This document shows, piece after piece, positions 35,300-44,719 of a stretch of DNA of 64,000 nt (within the stretch, counting starts at the first letter, position 1; each line of letters starts with the position of its first letter). Source of the stretch: Planctomycetia bacterium (GTDB lineage Bacteria; Planctomycetota; Planctomycetia; Pirellulales; JALHLM01); contig JAWXBP010000256.1 of the NCBI GenBank assembly GCA_034440135.1, forward strand, positions 10,579-74,578. Direction: 5' to 3'. The notes under the pieces were generated by a model. That model was not told the DNA's origin, searched no databases, and was given only the letters and a program-made list of their open reading frames with translations. Position numbers and translations under genes: made by a program.

Positions 35300-36409
35300 T
35301 CAATCGCGATCGACAGGTCGATTGTTTCGTCCCGTCCGTCGCCTTCGCCTGGAGGCGATAGTGAGCAGCGAAAGGGACGTCGTGGCAGCGAGAACGATTC
35401 CGGAAGGTTCCGGGACAGTAACGACCCAACTGGATTGATCCCCTTCGGCGTTGAATCCCCGGCCGGCGAACGTTCGTCCATCCCTGGATACTTCACGCGG
35501 TGGCCACAGACTCCATCCTTGTAGTGCATCCCCCAGCCCGTATTTCTCAACAAGCAATTCTTGCAACGGGCGCGCTCCGTGAAATTCATCCCAGATGAAT
35601 GTGCCTATCTCCGCTGAGGATCCAAACACGCGCGAACCGTCGTCGGACATCGACGTTGGAGCCAAATTCATTCCGGGCTCGAGTTCGCGGTAACCTGTGA
35701 TGGCACTCCAAAGAAACGTCTTGAATACAGAACGCGTACTTTTTTGCACCAGCAGTGTTTCACCGTCGTCAGTCACGTCGACTGCGCTGTATCCGGCTGT
35801 CTCGCCGGCAGGAAGTCCCAGCGTCTGGAAACCATCCGCCTCGGTCCAACGCATCGGCTCAAAGTCACGTGACGACGGGCCGGTGATGACGTGGCCCACA
35901 ATAGTAGTCGCGTCGCCAGTCATGGCCAGCGCGGTAATGTACGGCTCGTACACCTCCAGCGGCCGGAGCCAACGGTACGATTCACTCTCGCTCCAGAGGA
36001 ACGGCTGAATGTTGCTAAAGTTGCCGAGGATGATGTTTCCATCGTCGGAGATGTCGTAGATTTCGTATCTGGGTGGATCGGGTTGGGAGCCACCTGTTGC
36101 CGTCCAGCGAAAATGATCGAAATCGAGGTCTGCCGAGCCGCCGACTACTACTGTCCCGTCAGCCGAGGTGGCGCTGGGTCGTGTGTCGGACGCCCCTCCC
36201 AGCGGCGCGATCGGAACGATTCCAGACTGCTTCGTCCAGCGCAAGGCATGGTATTCAACGTCTTCGTAGCCGTACCCCACGACGACAGTGCCGTCGGCGG
36301 AGACGTCCGTTGGCGTGAAGTCGGGGAGTGGCGTAAAGGTTGGCTTGGCGGCGACAGCGACGCGTAAAAGCGCGCAGACCAGCACACAACTCAAAACAAT
36401 ACGCAGCAT
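35300..36409 (-). CDS. HAF-repeat extracellular protein with PEP-CTERM sorting signal
   Basis: Signal peptide, repeated SADGTVVVG-type units, and C-terminal VPEPSGIVLAATTSLSLLTIASRRRRR (PEP motif, TM, Arg cluster). Confidence 0.7.
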   Translation of the reverse strand: MLRIVLSCVLVCALLRVAVAAKPTFTPLPDFTPTDVSADGTVVVGYGYEDVEYHALRWTKQSGIVPIAPLGGASDTRPSATSADGTVVVGGSADLDFDHFRWTATGGSQPDPPRYEIYDISDDGNIILGNFSNIQPFLWSESESYRWLRPLEVYEPYITALAMTGDATTIVGHVITGPSSRDFEPMRWTEADGFQTLGLPAGETAGYSAVDVTDDGETLLVQKSTRSVFKTFLWSAITGYRELEPGMNLAPTSMSDDGSRVFGSSAEIGTFIWDEFHGARPLQELLVEKYGLGDALQGWSLWPPREVSRDGRTFAGRGFNAEGDQSSWVVTVPEPSGIVLAATTSLSLLTIASRRRRRTGRNNRPVDRD

Positions 36410-36567
36410 GGCTAAGCTCCAGAATCAGAGCGCGGAACTGTAGCGCAGTTAGCCCCTGCAAGAGAGAACTTACCGGAACTGCGCGAACCACGCAACCATT
36501 TTGCGAGCCTCCACACGCGCCAATTTCAGCGGTGTGCGCCACGAAACATGCCCGGTATTATCGGGTC

Positions 36568-39207
36568 ATGCATGAGCTTCCGCTGATTACCACGATCGCC
36601 ACTGCTTTTACCGCCGCCTGGCTACTGGGGCTGCTGGCGCAGCGCGTTGGACTGTCGCCGATTGTCGGTTACCTCGTCGCCGGCACGCTTGTGGGTCCTC
36701 ACACGCCGGGATTCGCCGGCGACCTCAAGCTCGCACAGCAGTTGGCCGAAGTCGGTGTGATCCTGTTGATGTTCGACGTCGGGCTGCACTTCAGTTTGAA
36801 GGAATTGCTCGCCGTGAAAGGCGTGGCGATTCCCGGCGCGGTGGGGCAGAGTCTGGTCGCGACGATCCTGGGAGGCATGATCTTTGCCGCGTTCGGATTC
36901 CCCGTCACTTCCGGTCTAGTGATCGGCATGGCGATGGCCGTGGCCAGCACTGTCGTACTCATGCGCGTGCTGATGGACGCTGACGCGCTCAATTCGCCCG
37001 CGGGACACGTGGCCGTCGGCTGGCTGCTGGTGGAAGACATCTTCACGGTCATCGTGCTGGTGCTGATTCCGGTGCTCGGCACTGGCGAAGGGGGCGCCAA
37101 GGTGGAAGCCAACGTTTGGCTATCCCTGGGCATGGCCTTACTAAAACTCGCCACCTTGACGGGCATCGTGTTGGTGGCGGGGGCGCAGGTCATTCCCTGG
37201 GTGTTGCTGCGCGTAGCGCGGTTGCGTTCGCGCGAGTTGTTCACGCTCACAGTGTTGGTCTTTTCGATCGCGGTCGCCGCCGCGTCGTACTACTTCTTCG
37301 GCGCATCAATGGCCCTGGGCGCGTTCCTCGCCGGGATGGTCGTGGCGCAGTCGCCGGTCAGTCATCAGGCCGCGGCCGACGCCCTGCCGATGCGCGATAC
37401 CTTTGCGGTGTTGTTCTTCGTTTCCGTTGGGATGATTTTCAATCCGATTTTTCTGTGGCAAGAACCGCTGATGGTCCTGGCCGGCCTGGCGATCGTGCTC
37501 GTGGCGAAGCCGCTCACGGCGCTGGTGATCGTGGCGGCGCTCGGCAGTTCGGCGCGCACGGCGCTCACCGTGGCGATCGGCCTGGCGCAGATCGGCGAAT
37601 TCTCGTTCGTCCTCTCGGAACTTGCCCGGCATCACGGTCTGATGCCGGACGCCGGCCAGAACGTGCTGATCGCCACGGCGATTCTTTCGATCTCGCTGAA
37701 CCCTATTCTGTTCCGCGCGTTGCCGCGCATCGAACAGCGTTTGCGAACGATTCCCTGGCTGTGGAAATTGCTCAACGCCAAGGCGGAGCGAAAAGCGCGG
37801 GAAGCCAGCCTGGCCGCCGGAGCGCAGGTGTTGAGTCCGTCCACTGCGGAGCGACTGGCCATCGTCGTGGGTTACGGGCCCGTGGGGCGCACCGTCGATC
37901 GGCTCCTGCGTGAGGCAGGTTTGGAGACCGTCGTCATTGAGATGAACGTCGACACTGTCACGGAATTGAATCGCTCCGGACAACGCGCGATCTACGGCGA
38001 TGCGGCGAGCACGTCGATTTTGACGCAGGCCGGCGCGGCACACGCCTCGCATCTCGTGGTGACGTTGCCGCAAAGCCGTGTGCGGACTGCGGTAGTTGCC
38101 GCGGCGCGGACGCTCAACTCCGATTTGCGCATTCTGGTGCGCGCGCACTATCTGCGCGAGCGCAACGACCTGGAACACGCCGGCGCGACTGCGGCCGTGT
38201 TCGAGGAAGGCGAAGCGGCCGTGGCGCTCGCGCGACTTGTGCTTGCTAACACCGGCGCCAGCCGCGAAGTCGTCGACCGCTCATTGCGCGATGTGCGACT
38301 GAGATTGATCCTGGAAAACGTCGCCCATCTCAACACGCGCCCGATTCGCAGCATCATGGTCCCCTGGACGCGGGTCAGTCGCCTGACTGATCGCGAAAGC
38401 TTGGAAGAGGTCCGTCGCAAGGTCACCGAAAAGCGTTACTCGCGCTGGCCCGTCGTGGATTCCAGCACCGGGCGGCCCGTGGGCTATCTGTTGGCCAAGG
38501 ATCTGATCGCGGAGACGTCGGACTCGTCCAACTGGCTGCGGCTCCAGCGCCGGCTGCACGCGGTGCGGCCCGACGACACCATCGAAACTGCATTGCAATT
38601 CATGCAACAAGAAGGCGCTACGCTCTGCGTCGTCGAGGAAAAAGGCGCGCCGCTCGGACTCGTCACGGCGGAGAATATCCTCGAACAAGTCGTCGGGCGG
38701 ATGGAGGATGAATACCCGCGCGATGTTACCTTGACCCTCAGTGAACTTATCAACGCCGGCGTCATCGTGTCCGACTTGATGGCAACCACCGCTGAGGAAG
38801 CCATCACTGAGTTGGCGGCCTCGATTCCGGCCGACGCCTGCCCCGCGGCGGCGCACTTGGCGGAACTGGCCATCGCCCGTGAGCGGCAACTCGCCACGCA
38901 CATCGGGTTTGGCGTAGCGATCCCACATGCGTCCTGCCCGGAGTTGAAACGGCCGTTCGTGGCCTTCGGACGTTCACGGACGGGCATCGTCTTCGGGGCG
39001 GAAGCGGCCGAGCCGGTGCGATTGGTGTTCTTGCTGGCCTCCCCCGCAGCTCAGCCAGAACTGCACGTATATCTCTTGGGACGCATCGCCACACTGGTCC
39101 ACCAGACTGACGTCCGCGACCGGCTTCGGGCGGCCGCTACATCCGAGGAAATCATGGATGTGATTCGGGCTGCCGAAGGGGACGTGCCGCCGGTGGGTCG
39201 GGGTTAA
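36568..39207 (+). CDS. CPA2 (Kef-type) cation:proton antiporter fused to RCK/TrkA-N, a CBS pair and a PTS EIIA type-2 (EIIA-Ntr-like) domain
   Basis: Start at MHELPLITTIATAF. Antiporter TM core (GYLVAGTLVGPH...), Rossmann motif IVVGYGPVGRTV, and CBS pair (IMVPWTRVSRL...; AVRPDDTIETALQFMQQEG). The C-terminal segment THIGFGVAIPHASCPE...VRLVFLLASP is typical of EIIA type 2, including the phosphorylatable His context. Confidence 0.75.
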   Translation: MHELPLITTIATAFTAAWLLGLLAQRVGLSPIVGYLVAGTLVGPHTPGFAGDLKLAQQLAEVGVILLMFDVGLHFSLKELLAVKGVAIPGAVGQSLVATILGGMIFAAFGFPVTSGLVIGMAMAVASTVVLMRVLMDADALNSPAGHVAVGWLLVEDIFTVIVLVLIPVLGTGEGGAKVEANVWLSLGMALLKLATLTGIVLVAGAQVIPWVLLRVARLRSRELFTLTVLVFSIAVAAASYYFFGASMALGAFLAGMVVAQSPVSHQAAADALPMRDTFAVLFFVSVGMIFNPIFLWQEPLMVLAGLAIVLVAKPLTALVIVAALGSSARTALTVAIGLAQIGEFSFVLSELARHHGLMPDAGQNVLIATAILSISLNPILFRALPRIEQRLRTIPWLWKLLNAKAERKAREASLAAGAQVLSPSTAERLAIVVGYGPVGRTVDRLLREAGLETVVIEMNVDTVTELNRSGQRAIYGDAASTSILTQAGAAHASHLVVTLPQSRVRTAVVAAARTLNSDLRILVRAHYLRERNDLEHAGATAAVFEEGEAAVALARLVLANTGASREVVDRSLRDVRLRLILENVAHLNTRPIRSIMVPWTRVSRLTDRESLEEVRRKVTEKRYSRWPVVDSSTGRPVGYLLAKDLIAETSDSSNWLRLQRRLHAVRPDDTIETALQFMQQEGATLCVVEEKGAPLGLVTAENILEQVVGRMEDEYPRDVTLTLSELINAGVIVSDLMATTAEEAITELAASIPADACPAAAHLAELAIARERQLATHIGFGVAIPHASCPELKRPFVAFGRSRTGIVFGAEAAEPVRLVFLLASPAAQPELHVYLLGRIATLVHQTDVRDRLRAAATSEEIMDVIRAAEGDVPPVGRG

Positions 39208-39328
39208 CACGGACAACGCGTTGGAGCCCTTCTCGGCGAATCGCTCGCCACCACGGTCGATTTTATCGCCGTGGCGGAATTGCCTGGCCTCGAAATTTGA
39301 CGGACGGCGCACGCGACGGATATGATCG

Positions 39329-40324
39329 ATGTCGGCGGGAGGTGCCCGGAACAGCGGCCCCCGCCTCCGCCACACGGTCCATTCGGGGGAGGTCGCCATC
39401 GTGACGCAAACGCATGTCGTCGCGGAATCGAGCGACGATCACTGGCGAAGCCGCGCCTCGACTTGGCATTCGGCGCTGATTTCGATAGTTTGCCACCTCA
39501 TGGCGCTCATTGCCTTGGGGTTACTCACGGTCGCCGTCCAGGAGAAGAGCTCCGGCGTCGCCCTGCTCACAGAGATGATCGGAGCGGCCGATTCACTGAC
39601 CAGCGCGGAATTGTCCACGGTGAGCGTGGCTTCCAGCGCCGCAGGGGCGGCAACCGGCGTCGGGCCAGAAACGCTCTTCGACACCGACGCTTTCGCGGCC
39701 GCCAACGTCAACGGGCCAAGCGTTGAGTTGGAAATCGCCCCGCATTCCAGTGGTCTGTCCGGCATGGGCGCCGGGACCGGCGGCGAAGGCAAAGGCCTGT
39801 CAGGCGCAGGCCTCGGCGCGGACTTCTTCGGCCTTGGCGGCCAGGGTACGTCTTTCGTTTATGTGCTCGACTGCTCCGACAGCATGAATAACGAGGATCG
39901 CTTCCGCCGCGCCCGCGAGGAGTTGATCTATTCTATCGAACGGCTCTCGGCGGAGCAGCGGTTCTACGTCATTCTCTATAGCGACGGCGCAATCCCGATG
40001 GACGCCGACGATCCGGTGCCCGCCGTGCCGAAGGAATTCGCCCGCTTGCGCACTTGGCTGGAACGCGCTGAGCCGTTTGGCGGCACGTATCCCTGGCCGG
40101 CATTGGAATACGCGATTTCCCTGGAGCCGGATGCCATTTACTTTCTCTCCGACGGAGAGTTCGAGCCGAATATCATCTCCGCCGTGCGCGAGAAAAACAA
40201 AAAGTCAAAACTGAATCCGCGACAAATCCCCATCCACGCGATCGCGTTCGCAAGCCAGGCTGGCGAGAACCAGATGAAGATCCTGGCACGCACTTCGGGC
40301 GGAAAGTATCGGTTTGTGAAGTGA
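39329..40324 (+). CDS. membrane-anchored von Willebrand factor type A (vWA) domain protein
   Basis: N-terminal TM (ALISIVCHLMALIALGLLTV) and a vWA/MIDAS region FVYVLDCSDSMNNEDRFRRAREEL...FYVILYSDGA...IYFLSDGE. The start is uncertain. Confidence 0.7.
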   Translation: MSAGGARNSGPRLRHTVHSGEVAIVTQTHVVAESSDDHWRSRASTWHSALISIVCHLMALIALGLLTVAVQEKSSGVALLTEMIGAADSLTSAELSTVSVASSAAGAATGVGPETLFDTDAFAAANVNGPSVELEIAPHSSGLSGMGAGTGGEGKGLSGAGLGADFFGLGGQGTSFVYVLDCSDSMNNEDRFRRAREELIYSIERLSAEQRFYVILYSDGAIPMDADDPVPAVPKEFARLRTWLERAEPFGGTYPWPALEYAISLEPDAIYFLSDGEFEPNIISAVREKNKKSKLNPRQIPIHAIAFASQAGENQMKILARTSGGKYRFVK

Positions 40325-40328
40325 GGGG

Positions 40329-40395
40329 GGAGGAAGTAAGTGGAGTAGTTCTTTGTATTCCCCGCTGAAAACTGAACACTGAAAACTTCAAACTC
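40329..40395 (-). repeat. Family E composite element (module 1 + module 2), minus orientation (E4)
   Basis: The reverse complement reads GAGTTTGAAGTTTTCAGTGTTCAGTTTTCAG-cggggaatacaaagaa-CTACTCCACTTACTTCCTCC. It begins 9 nt after the queD stop on the queD strand. Confidence 0.85.
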
Positions 40396-40403
40396 GCTCT
40401 CCC

Positions 40404-40805
40404 CTACCTGGAATACGTCGCATAGCAATGCGGCGTCTCCCACAGCTTAGATTCGATGATTGGGAATCCGGCCTGGCTGGTGATGTCGAAAATCAGCTTG
40501 GCGATGTTCTCCGCCGTGGGGTTGGAGTCCATTAAGTACAGCGGCTCGCCTTGCGCCTGCAGCACCGTCACGATGGGGTCGTCGCGCTGCAGGATCATGC
40601 GGTGATCCAGGTTTTCGTCGATCCAGCGACTCACCACTTGCTTGATGTCGGTGAAATCGAGCACCATCCCGCGCTCGTCCAGCTTCTCGGCCTCGATCGT
40701 AATGATCGCCAGCCCGTTGTGACCGTGCAGATGCTTGCACTTGCCGTCGTAGTTGAGCAAGCGATGGCCGTAGCAGAAATCAATTTCGCGCGTCACGCGG
40801 AACAT
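40404..40805 (-). CDS. queD: 6-carboxy-5,6,7,8-tetrahydropterin synthase
   Basis: MFRVTREIDFCYGHRLLNYDGKCKHLHGHNG (CxxxHGH zinc motif), 133 aa, immediately downstream of queC. Confidence 0.9.
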   Translation of the reverse strand: MFRVTREIDFCYGHRLLNYDGKCKHLHGHNGLAIITIEAEKLDERGMVLDFTDIKQVVSRWIDENLDHRMILQRDDPIVTVLQAQGEPLYLMDSNPTAENIAKLIFDITSQAGFPIIESKLWETPHCYATYSR

Positions 40806-40871
40806 GATGGAACCAGTTGATTGGAGATAAGGGAATCGAGCTTTTATTCAGAACGCATCAAGGATCTTTTA

Positions 40872-40956
40872 CACTAGCCCGACGCGCAAGCGAGGGGGAG
40901 TAGTCGTCGAACATCGCACAGCGATTACTCCCCCTCGCTTGCGCGTCGGGCTAGTG
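40872..40956. repeat. Family B palindromic element, copy B2
   Basis: The same 29-nt arms with an unrelated 27-nt spacer, between queC and queD. It overlaps the queC stop codon. Confidence 0.9.
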
Positions 40957-41667
40957 ATTTTTGTCAGCAATTGGTTGCTCATCTGCATTCAGGTCAGATG
41001 CATAGCGAGTCGGGTCCGGAAGGCCCGCCGCGGCGAACGCCCCCCGGCGCTCCGCGCATTTGTTGCACGTCCCACAGTGATCCATGCCGACGGGGTGAAT
41101 GCACGAAAATGTTCGCTCCAGCGGCAAGTCTTTCCCTAGCTCCATCACTTCGCGCTTGTGCAGCCCAGCAAAGGGACGCAGGATTTCAATCGGCCCGCCG
41201 GTGGCCTGGCTCATCAGGCGGCCGAAACCATCGAAGAACTCCGGCGTCGCGTCCGGGAAGGGATTCGAGCCGAGGGGCGCGAGCGCCAGTTTTGCGATCT
41301 CGTGCAGCCGGCACCAGATCGCGGCTTTCACCAGTAGCAGCGGATTGCGACCCGGCAGATAGACCGCCTCGTCCGGCGTGCTGGCGTCCGGCACGTCCGC
41401 ACCGGTGACGCTCCAATGCCCCTCATATAAATCCGCCGTGGGCTGCTGCAAGACCTTGAGTTGCCGTAGTCCGGGGGACTGGATCGCTTCCAAAAACCGC
41501 CGCAGATAGAACAGTTCCGCCGCTTCCCAGGCCAGGGCGGTGCTGATGTAAATTGGCTGCACCGAGGCTTCCGTCTGCAACAGCCGCCCCGTGAGGATGG
41601 CGCTGTCCAGCCCGCCGCTGACGAGGACCGCCACGCTGGCGGGGGTTGCAACGGAATCTGGGGTCAT
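40951..41667 (-). CDS. queC: 7-cyano-7-deazaguanine synthase
   Basis: PP-loop VAVLVSGGLDSA and C-terminal zinc cluster SCIHPVGMDHCGTCNKCAERR. The last codons and the TAG stop lie inside palindromic repeat B2. Confidence 0.9.
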   Translation of the reverse strand: MTPDSVATPASVAVLVSGGLDSAILTGRLLQTEASVQPIYISTALAWEAAELFYLRRFLEAIQSPGLRQLKVLQQPTADLYEGHWSVTGADVPDASTPDEAVYLPGRNPLLLVKAAIWCRLHEIAKLALAPLGSNPFPDATPEFFDGFGRLMSQATGGPIEILRPFAGLHKREVMELGKDLPLERTFSCIHPVGMDHCGTCNKCAERRGAFAAAGLPDPTRYASDLNADEQPIADKNH

Positions 41668-41735
41668 ACAGGCGACTCACACGGCGGCTGGATCCACCTT
41701 TATCCTAGCAAACGGTCAAGCGGCGCGATGCCAGT

Positions 41736-41839
41736 CTGTGGGAGGCGTCTCCGACGCCGATGTCGTACACCTTGGTTGGCAGACTCACCGCAGACCTTAG
41801 CACCGTCGTCTCCATCGGCGTCGGAGACGCCTCCCACAG
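41736..41839. repeat. Family A palindromic element, copy A3
   Basis: The same arms with an unrelated 52-nt spacer, in the queC / doxX divergent region. Confidence 0.9.
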
Positions 41840-41875
41840 ACTGATGGATTGGCACGTTTACGGCGCGCCCGGGAG

Positions 41876-41904
41876 TGGCAAAGAGGCTTGCCGGCGTTTA
41901 TAAT
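41876..41904 (+). promoter_or_regulatory. possible promoter of the doxX-oxidoreductase-isomerase cluster
   Basis: TGGCAA, a 17-nt spacer, then TATAAT (41899-41904), about 150 nt upstream of the doxX start. Confidence 0.3.
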
Positions 41905-42050
41905 CCTGGGTCGCATGTCAGTTGGTTTGGTTCGCGATTCTGGCACACCTGTCGCGGGCGAAATCAGCGTTCGATCGAACTCCGCGGGGCCGCTACCGGC
42001 CATCTGATCCCTCCTGGGGGGAGGTTCCTCTGAGCGACAATGATGTTCGT

Positions 42051-42965
42051 ATGTCCGGTTTTCGGATCGGCCTGCTGGGCGTGATCGCGCTCGTGCTGTT
42101 GCGCATCTCCGTCGGCTGGCACTTCGTTACGCAAGGCATGGAGAAGTATCGCGACGCCGACTTCTCGTCGCGGGGATATCTATCCCAGGCGAAGGGACCG
42201 TTCGCGGAAAAGTTTCACGAACTGATCCCCGACTACGACGGCCGCGAGCGGCTCAGCGTTGACGCGACGAAGCTGCGCTTCGAGCGAATGCTCGACGGCG
42301 TCAAAAATCAGTACGGCTTCAACGAAAAGCAGATGGCCGAGGCGAATCAACTTATCGCATCGGCCACGGCGGACGTGAAGGACTACTTGGATTCCAACAA
42401 GTTGGAAATCGACAAGTACTTCCAGGACTTGAAGCAGAACACCGAACGCCGGCACTCGAAGGATTTTCAGGAGACGCCTTTCGCCCAGAAATGGGTCTGG
42501 GACAAGCAGCAGGAACTGCAAACCACGGTCAAACCATGGACCGCTTGGGTCGACGACAGAGCAAACGAACTGTTGGCGTCCCTGAACGAGATTCAGGGCA
42601 CGCACATGTTGTCCCATCCGCCCTACAAAGAGCCGCCGAGCGATCTTGAAAAAGCCGACAAGCTGGTGCTCTACAGCAATCTGGCAATTGGCGTTTGCTT
42701 GATCATCGGACTGTTCACGCGGTTCGCGAGTTTTGGCGGCGCACTCTTCATGTTGTCGCTCATTCTCGCGCAGCCGCCGCTCGCCAACCTGTATCCGCCG
42801 GCGCATCCCTCGGCGGGGGCGCAGTGGATCGTCAATAAAGAAGTCGTCGAAATGATGGCCCTGTTCGCGCTGGCGTTCCTGCCCACGGGACGTTGGGGCG
42901 GGCTCGACTTTTTCATTCATCATCTGATTACTCGGCCCTTGTTCGGGCGGAAGGAAGAAGCATGA
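42051..42965 (+). CDS. DoxX family membrane protein with long central insert
   Basis: Start MSGFRIGLLGVIALVLLRISVGWHFVTQG. C-terminal LAIGVCLIIGLFTRFASFGGALFMLSLIL is DoxX-like. ATGA overlap with the next gene. Confidence 0.6.
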   Translation: MSGFRIGLLGVIALVLLRISVGWHFVTQGMEKYRDADFSSRGYLSQAKGPFAEKFHELIPDYDGRERLSVDATKLRFERMLDGVKNQYGFNEKQMAEANQLIASATADVKDYLDSNKLEIDKYFQDLKQNTERRHSKDFQETPFAQKWVWDKQQELQTTVKPWTAWVDDRANELLASLNEIQGTHMLSHPPYKEPPSDLEKADKLVLYSNLAIGVCLIIGLFTRFASFGGALFMLSLILAQPPLANLYPPAHPSAGAQWIVNKEVVEMMALFALAFLPTGRWGGLDFFIHHLITRPLFGRKEEA

Positions 42966-44719
42966 GCCTCAATCCTCTCACACCGGAAGAAAAGGCGATC
43001 GGCAAGGATAATTTCTACGCCGCGCTTGGCAGCCCGCTCACGCGACGTGAATTTATCGGCGGCAGTCTGGCCGCTGGCGCCATCTCGGGCGTCGGGCTCG
43101 GCTCGTACTACTTCGGGTACGGCACGTCGGTCGATAACCCGGTCCGCATCGGCATCATCGGCACGGGTGACGAAGGGAACGTGCTGATCGGCGCGATCAA
43201 TCCGGCCTACGTGCAGGTGGTGGCAATCGCCGATATCCGCCCGTTCAACATTCACCGCGCGTTCCACGGCGATCAATCGAGCCCGGCGATTCAAAAGATT
43301 CGCACGGGGCTGATGACGAAGTACGACTGGAAGACGGAAGACGAAGCTCACAAGCACGTGACCAGGTACGAAGGCAACTACGAGGAACTGCTCAACGACC
43401 CGGCGGTCGAAGGGGTGGTGATCGCGCTGCCGCTGCACTTGCATCACGAGGCCGCCATCAAGGCGATGAAGGCCGGCAAGCATGTGCTGACCGAAAAACT
43501 GATGGGTCACAGCGTCGGCAAGTGCAAGAGCATGGGACGCGTCGCGCATCAGGAAAAGAAGCTCCTGGCGACCGGCCATCAACGGCACTACAGCGTGTTG
43601 TACGACAACGCCGTCTCCACGATCCGCGCCGGCCTGATCGGCAAGGTGCATCACATTCGCGCGCAATGGCATCGCCAGAAGGACACCTGGTCTCCGCCAT
43701 TGCCGGCGAAGATTCATGAAGAGCGGCTGGAGTTTGTCAGCAAGTTGGCCGAGGCGGAAGAGGCGCTCTTCAAAGCCAAGGGAAGCGACAAGGAAATCGC
43801 CAAGCTCGTCAAGCGCGTCGAAGACGTGCGTAAAAAGCTCGACGCCAGCAGCAAGCAATGGCTGCTCATCGAAAAGGATCTGGCCGTAAAGGCCAAGGAT
43901 TACGGCTATCTCGACAAGAGCAACGGCGGCTCTCCCTTCTGCCAGTCCCCCGAGGAAGAACTGTTCCGCTGGCGGCTTTGGGATCGAACCGGTGGCGGTC
44001 TGATGGCCGAGCTGGGCAGCCACCAGCTCGACGCGTCGGGCATCTTCATCTCGGCGAGCCACCCGCTCGACAAGGAAGGTCATTCGCAAAAGATCCGCCC
44101 GCTCGTGGTCTCCGCTGTCGGCGGACGCCATCTTTATGGGCGCAACCGCGATTGCGAAGATCACGTTTACTGCACCTACGAGTACCCGGCGGCAGACTAT
44201 GATCCTTCGCCGGGGACGGAAATGAACGAGAAGCGGATCGCGGTCACTTACTCGTCGATCAACGGCAACGGCTACGGCGGTTACGGCGAAGTGGTGATGG
44301 GCGAAACCGGCACGTTGATCCTCGAAAACGAGCAGGAAGTGATGTTGCTCCAGGCCGCGAACGCGGTCACGAATCTCGAGGTGAAGAAAGACGACAAGGC
44401 CGGGCCGCTCTTGAACACTACGAGCAGCGCCCCGCCGGAAGCGGCCGTCGCCAAGAAGGCGCTCGATGGCCCCGTGAGCAAGGGCTACACCGAAGAGATC
44501 GAGCACTGGGCGTGGTGCATCCGCAACTTCAAGGCGGACGATTACGCGAACACGCCGCAGCCGAAGTGCAAACCGGAAGTGGCGATCGCGGACGCGATCA
44601 TCGCGCTCACCACGAACATCGCCATCAAGGAACGCCGGCAAATCGAGTTCAAGCCGGAGTGGTACGACATCAACCACGACGACACGCCGGACGGCGTGGC
44701 GCCGGAAGTGAAGGTTTGA
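42962..44719 (+). CDS. Gfo/Idh/MocA family oxidoreductase with TAT-type signal
   Basis: TAT-like LTRREFIGGSLAAGAISGVGLG and Rossmann motif VRIGIIGTGDEGNVLIGA. The EKLM motif reads HVLTEKLMGH. Confidence 0.8.
   Translation: MSLNPLTPEEKAIGKDNFYAALGSPLTRREFIGGSLAAGAISGVGLGSYYFGYGTSVDNPVRIGIIGTGDEGNVLIGAINPAYVQVVAIADIRPFNIHRAFHGDQSSPAIQKIRTGLMTKYDWKTEDEAHKHVTRYEGNYEELLNDPAVEGVVIALPLHLHHEAAIKAMKAGKHVLTEKLMGHSVGKCKSMGRVAHQEKKLLATGHQRHYSVLYDNAVSTIRAGLIGKVHHIRAQWHRQKDTWSPPLPAKIHEERLEFVSKLAEAEEALFKAKGSDKEIAKLVKRVEDVRKKLDASSKQWLLIEKDLAVKAKDYGYLDKSNGGSPFCQSPEEELFRWRLWDRTGGGLMAELGSHQLDASGIFISASHPLDKEGHSQKIRPLVVSAVGGRHLYGRNRDCEDHVYCTYEYPAADYDPSPGTEMNEKRIAVTYSSINGNGYGGYGEVVMGETGTLILENEQEVMLLQAANAVTNLEVKKDDKAGPLLNTTSSAPPEAAVAKKALDGPVSKGYTEEIEHWAWCIRNFKADDYANTPQPKCKPEVAIADAIIALTTNIAIKERRQIEFKPEWYDINHDDTPDGVAPEVKV

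Noticed and set aside
41668-41735. Looked for a preQ1 riboswitch upstream of queC, an FMN riboswitch upstream of ribD and a TPP element upstream of the ThiO-like gene
   Set aside because: None of the conserved cores I know for these riboswitches is visible. ribD and the ThiO-like gene have almost no leader.
42920-44677. 585-aa ORF on the minus strand
   Set aside because: It is antisense to the Gfo/Idh/MocA oxidoreductase, which has a TAT signal and Rossmann motifs. This is a shadow ORF.
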